DNA from: Longimicrobiales bacterium
GTDB lineage: Bacteria; Gemmatimonadota; Gemmatimonadetes; Longimicrobiales; Gaopeijiaceae
Assembly (NCBI GenBank): GCA_965204735.1
Contig: OZ242008.1
Location: 416,001-480,000 of the forward strand
Direction of reading: 5' to 3'
Length of the DNA: 64,000 nt
Part shown: piece after piece, positions 61,526 to 64,000 of the stretch
Layout: the number at the start of each line of letters is the position of its first letter
Position numbering within the stretch: position 1 is the stretch's first letter
The notes under the pieces: model-generated
Told to the model about the DNA's origin: nothing
The model's database searches: none
Seen by the model: only the letters and a program-made list of their open reading frames with translations
Translations under genes and position numbers: made by a program

Positions 61526-63615
61526 CCGTGGCGGGGTCGGGCGCGAGCGGTTGCGGGGCGCAGCGCCGGCGCCTGGACCGCCACCTCTTCGCGTCCAACG
61601 TCTCCGCCTACAACTCGGCGTGGGAGACCTACGGCTGGACCGAGGGGCTGGACCGGGTCCGGGCGGGACGGCTGGAGGAGCGGGTGCCGTGGGGCGCCGA
61701 GCTGGCGGAGTCGGCCGATCCGCCGACGCTCGTTCATGGAGGCGCCCCTGGCCGAGGCGCCGCGTCGCAAGACCCCGCCCTGGGGCCGATAGGACTGCCG
61801 GAAGCCTTCCTGCCGCTGGACGGCCGCCTCGGCTTCTGCCTGTCGGGCATCGTGCGGCCTTCGCACGACGGAGCGCCCGCCCGTCGGCCTCGCATCGCAA
61901 CCCATACGCTCCTCTTCCACGAGTCCCTCTTCCGGGAGATCGACGGCTTTCCGCAGGGTCTCCACCTGGACTTGCCGGCGACCACGGACGGCGCGGAGGC
62001 GAGTTGGTTCGCCCAGCTCCGCCGCTCCGCGCCGGCGGCTCCGGGAGTGCTGGCCGAGCCTCGGTACGCGCCGAATCCGCAGGGGTTCCGCCGCGCCCGG
62101 CTGCAAGAGGTGGCGAGACTGGCGCGGGCCGCAGTCGCCGCGCTTGGAGCCCATCCGGCCCGGGAAGCTCTGGAGGAGGTGTACCGCGCCGTCGGCGGAG
62201 TGCTCGAACCAGCCGGCGACGCAGGGCGGGGGAAGGTCTCCGCCGGAGGTCCCGTCCGGGTGGCAGGAGGACGGCGCGGGGCCTGCCTTCTCATGCGCCT
62301 GGCTTGGCTGTCGCTGCCGCTGGCGGATCGCGCCCGCGTCTTCTACTCGATCCTCGACCTTCGGGGACGGCATCCGACTCCCTGCCTGGTTCCCGGGGCC
62401 GGGGCGCCCGCGTCTGCCCCGGGCACCGCACTGGACCCGCGCACCGCACCGGCCTCCCGCGCCGCACTGGCCGACTCGGGCGGGCCGGACCCCCTGGGCG
62501 CATGGGCCGCGCTGGTTCTCGGGGCGCCGAAGGAGTACGCCCGCGTCGGCGCCAGGATCGACGCGAGGGGCATGTCTCTCTATCGGCGGGAGAGCGAGCC
62601 CTATGTCGTCCACTGGGCGCCGGCGCGGCTCGGGGCGGTCGATCTGCTGGAGCGGGCCCGCCTCGAATCTCGGGGCGCCGGGCGGTGGCGAGGGCTTGGC
62701 CGGCTGGCGGCGGCGGACTTGGGCGCGCGGTCGCCGGACCGACCGGCGGAGTGGGTCGAGGCCGTGCCTCGCGACCCGCTCCTGGCGAACAACCGCCGCT
62801 TTCACGAGGGACTGGTTCGCGGGCTCGGCGGCAGGCTTCCCGTCGCCGGCGAAGCGGGACCGCCCGAAGCGCGGGTCGCGACGGCGCGCTTGGCCGTCTT
62901 GGCAGGCACCCGCGCCCGCCGTCGGGAGGACGACGTACCCGGCGGCCCGACTGTTGACTCGGGCCAGGTCTTGGCGGACACGCGCGCCCGCCGTCGGGAG
63001 GACGACAGACTGGCGCTGCTGGTCAAGGGGATGCGGTCCTTGGCGGAAGCCGGCGCCGACGCCGGCGAGCTCGGGGCCGCCGTCCGAGGAACGCAAGAGC
63101 ACGACGGGGACGAGGCGGTCGGGCTGGCGGGCATCGCCGCCCAGATTCTTGGGTCCCTGGGCCGGGGCACCGACGTCCCGACGATGGTGGCGGCCGCCGG
63201 CCTCCCGGATCCGATCGCCCCCGCCTTGGCCCGGGACTTGGTCGAGGTGTTCCTGGCCGGGTCCAATCGAGCGCGTTCGTCTTGGCAGGCCCTGCTGGAA
63301 AGGGTCTGGACGAGCGCCGCGGCTTCCCGTGCGACAGGCTCGGACCCCTCGGACCCCGGCCATGCGGAGTTGGAAGCGCTTCAGCGGCTGGCGTGGATCG
63401 AACGGCGCAGGTGGGGCTCCACGCCCCTAGTCTCCCTGGCGGCGAAGGGCCGACCCGGAGCCCTCGCCTTGGCGCGCCGTCTCATGGAACACGAACCCGG
63501 GCCGCCGCTCTCCGTGTTCCTGGCGCTGAGGGCGGTCGTGGTGCGCCGCCCGGCTGGGGCCCGCCGTTCCTTGGCACGAGGGCGCTCCTCCCGCAACACG
63601 GCCGGCTCGGCATGA
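61522..63615 (+). CDS. Hypothetical protein, N-terminus resembling GAP1-N domains
   Basis: GTG 61522 overlaps upstream stop. LDRHLFAS...WETYGWTEGL...HDGAPARRPRIATHTLLF. The CDS is well supported, the domain call is tentative. Confidence 0.6.
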   Translation: MTVAGSGASGCGAQRRRLDRHLFASNVSAYNSAWETYGWTEGLDRVRAGRLEERVPWGAELAESADPPTLVHGGAPGRGAASQDPALGPIGLPEAFLPLDGRLGFCLSGIVRPSHDGAPARRPRIATHTLLFHESLFREIDGFPQGLHLDLPATTDGAEASWFAQLRRSAPAAPGVLAEPRYAPNPQGFRRARLQEVARLARAAVAALGAHPAREALEEVYRAVGGVLEPAGDAGRGKVSAGGPVRVAGGRRGACLLMRLAWLSLPLADRARVFYSILDLRGRHPTPCLVPGAGAPASAPGTALDPRTAPASRAALADSGGPDPLGAWAALVLGAPKEYARVGARIDARGMSLYRRESEPYVVHWAPARLGAVDLLERARLESRGAGRWRGLGRLAAADLGARSPDRPAEWVEAVPRDPLLANNRRFHEGLVRGLGGRLPVAGEAGPPEARVATARLAVLAGTRARRREDDVPGGPTVDSGQVLADTRARRREDDRLALLVKGMRSLAEAGADAGELGAAVRGTQEHDGDEAVGLAGIAAQILGSLGRGTDVPTMVAAAGLPDPIAPALARDLVEVFLAGSNRARSSWQALLERVWTSAAASRATGSDPSDPGHAELEALQRLAWIERRRWGSTPLVSLAAKGRPGALALARRLMEHEPGPPLSVFLALRAVVVRRPAGARRSLARGRSSRNTAGSA

Positions 63616-64000
63616 GCGAAGAGCGCTCCGAGAGCCAAGTCGCCCGGATTCTGGAGCGGCTTCGGAACGAGGTCATGCGGGAGAGGGCCGGCGACGCGCC
63701 CGCTGCCGAGGTTGCCCCCGCCGCCGAAGACGCGGCGGCCGCGGAAGACGGGCCGGAATCGGCGCATCCGGCGTCGCCAGCCCAGGGGTTCCCGGCTCCG
63801 CCGCCCGATGGTTCGCCGCCTGCGTTTCCGACTCCCGTCGCCCGGACGCCCGACGAGCGGTCGGCGGACGAGCTCCGCCCACGGGCTACCCGCGCCGGTC
63901 GCCGTCGCGGCTCCCCAGGCCTGCACAGCAAGCGGGTGCAGGCGGCGGACCGCTCCGCATCCTCCACCGCCGTCGAGGAGCTCGTGGAGCACCGTCGCCG
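63612..64000 (+). CDS. Hypothetical protein, 3' partial
   Basis: ATGA overlap at 63612-63615; MSEERSESQVARILERLRNEVMRE...; frame open to the window end. Confidence 0.65.
   Translation, partial: MSEERSESQVARILERLRNEVMRERAGDAPAAEVAPAAEDAAAAEDGPESAHPASPAQGFPAPPPDGSPPAFPTPVARTPDERSADELRPRATRAGRRRGSPGLHSKRVQAADRSASSTAVEELVEHRR

Overview
GC-rich bacterial DNA. The gene repertoire (SusC/SusD pair, VPS10/BNR-repeat proteins, 6-bladed propeller proteins, CarboxypepD_reg proteins, Bat operon) suggests Gemmatimonadota; this is inference only. Left to right: (1) partial DinB protein and a complete moxR-DUF58-hyp-batABCDE operon; (2) DoxX protein, orphan ABC-type ATPase, S9 peptidase and a SusC/SusD locus; (3) a ~10.5 kb defence island (19.2-29.75 kb): DUF4268 nuclease converging on a minus-strand operon SLOG, SLOG, XRE-HTH/HsdM/single-TRD fusion (one-base frameshift), AlbA_2-HATPase-wHTH, a ~390 bp roughly helically phased palindrome array with a C36 run, hsdR and a short M48 peptidase; (4) two divergent VPS10-like genes flanking an orphan SPPY DNA methyltransferase, then panE and a rhomboid protease; (5) a sigma54 activator whose gene tail, putative enhancer and -24/-12 promoter are duplicated (41.7 and 53.4 kb) ahead of propeller genes, around a 3.26 kb tandem duplication of a TonB receptor + lipoprotein pair (one receptor frameshifted); (6) a PD40-CehA/McbA-Ycf48-like fusion and the start of a translationally coupled operon with a possible GAP1-N-like protein that runs off the right edge. 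No rRNA, tRNA, CRISPR array, integrase or transposase was recognised. All family calls are by-eye motif recognition; no searches were run. The best candidate for an undescribed system is the SLOG-SLOG / Type I RM-variant / palindrome-array locus.
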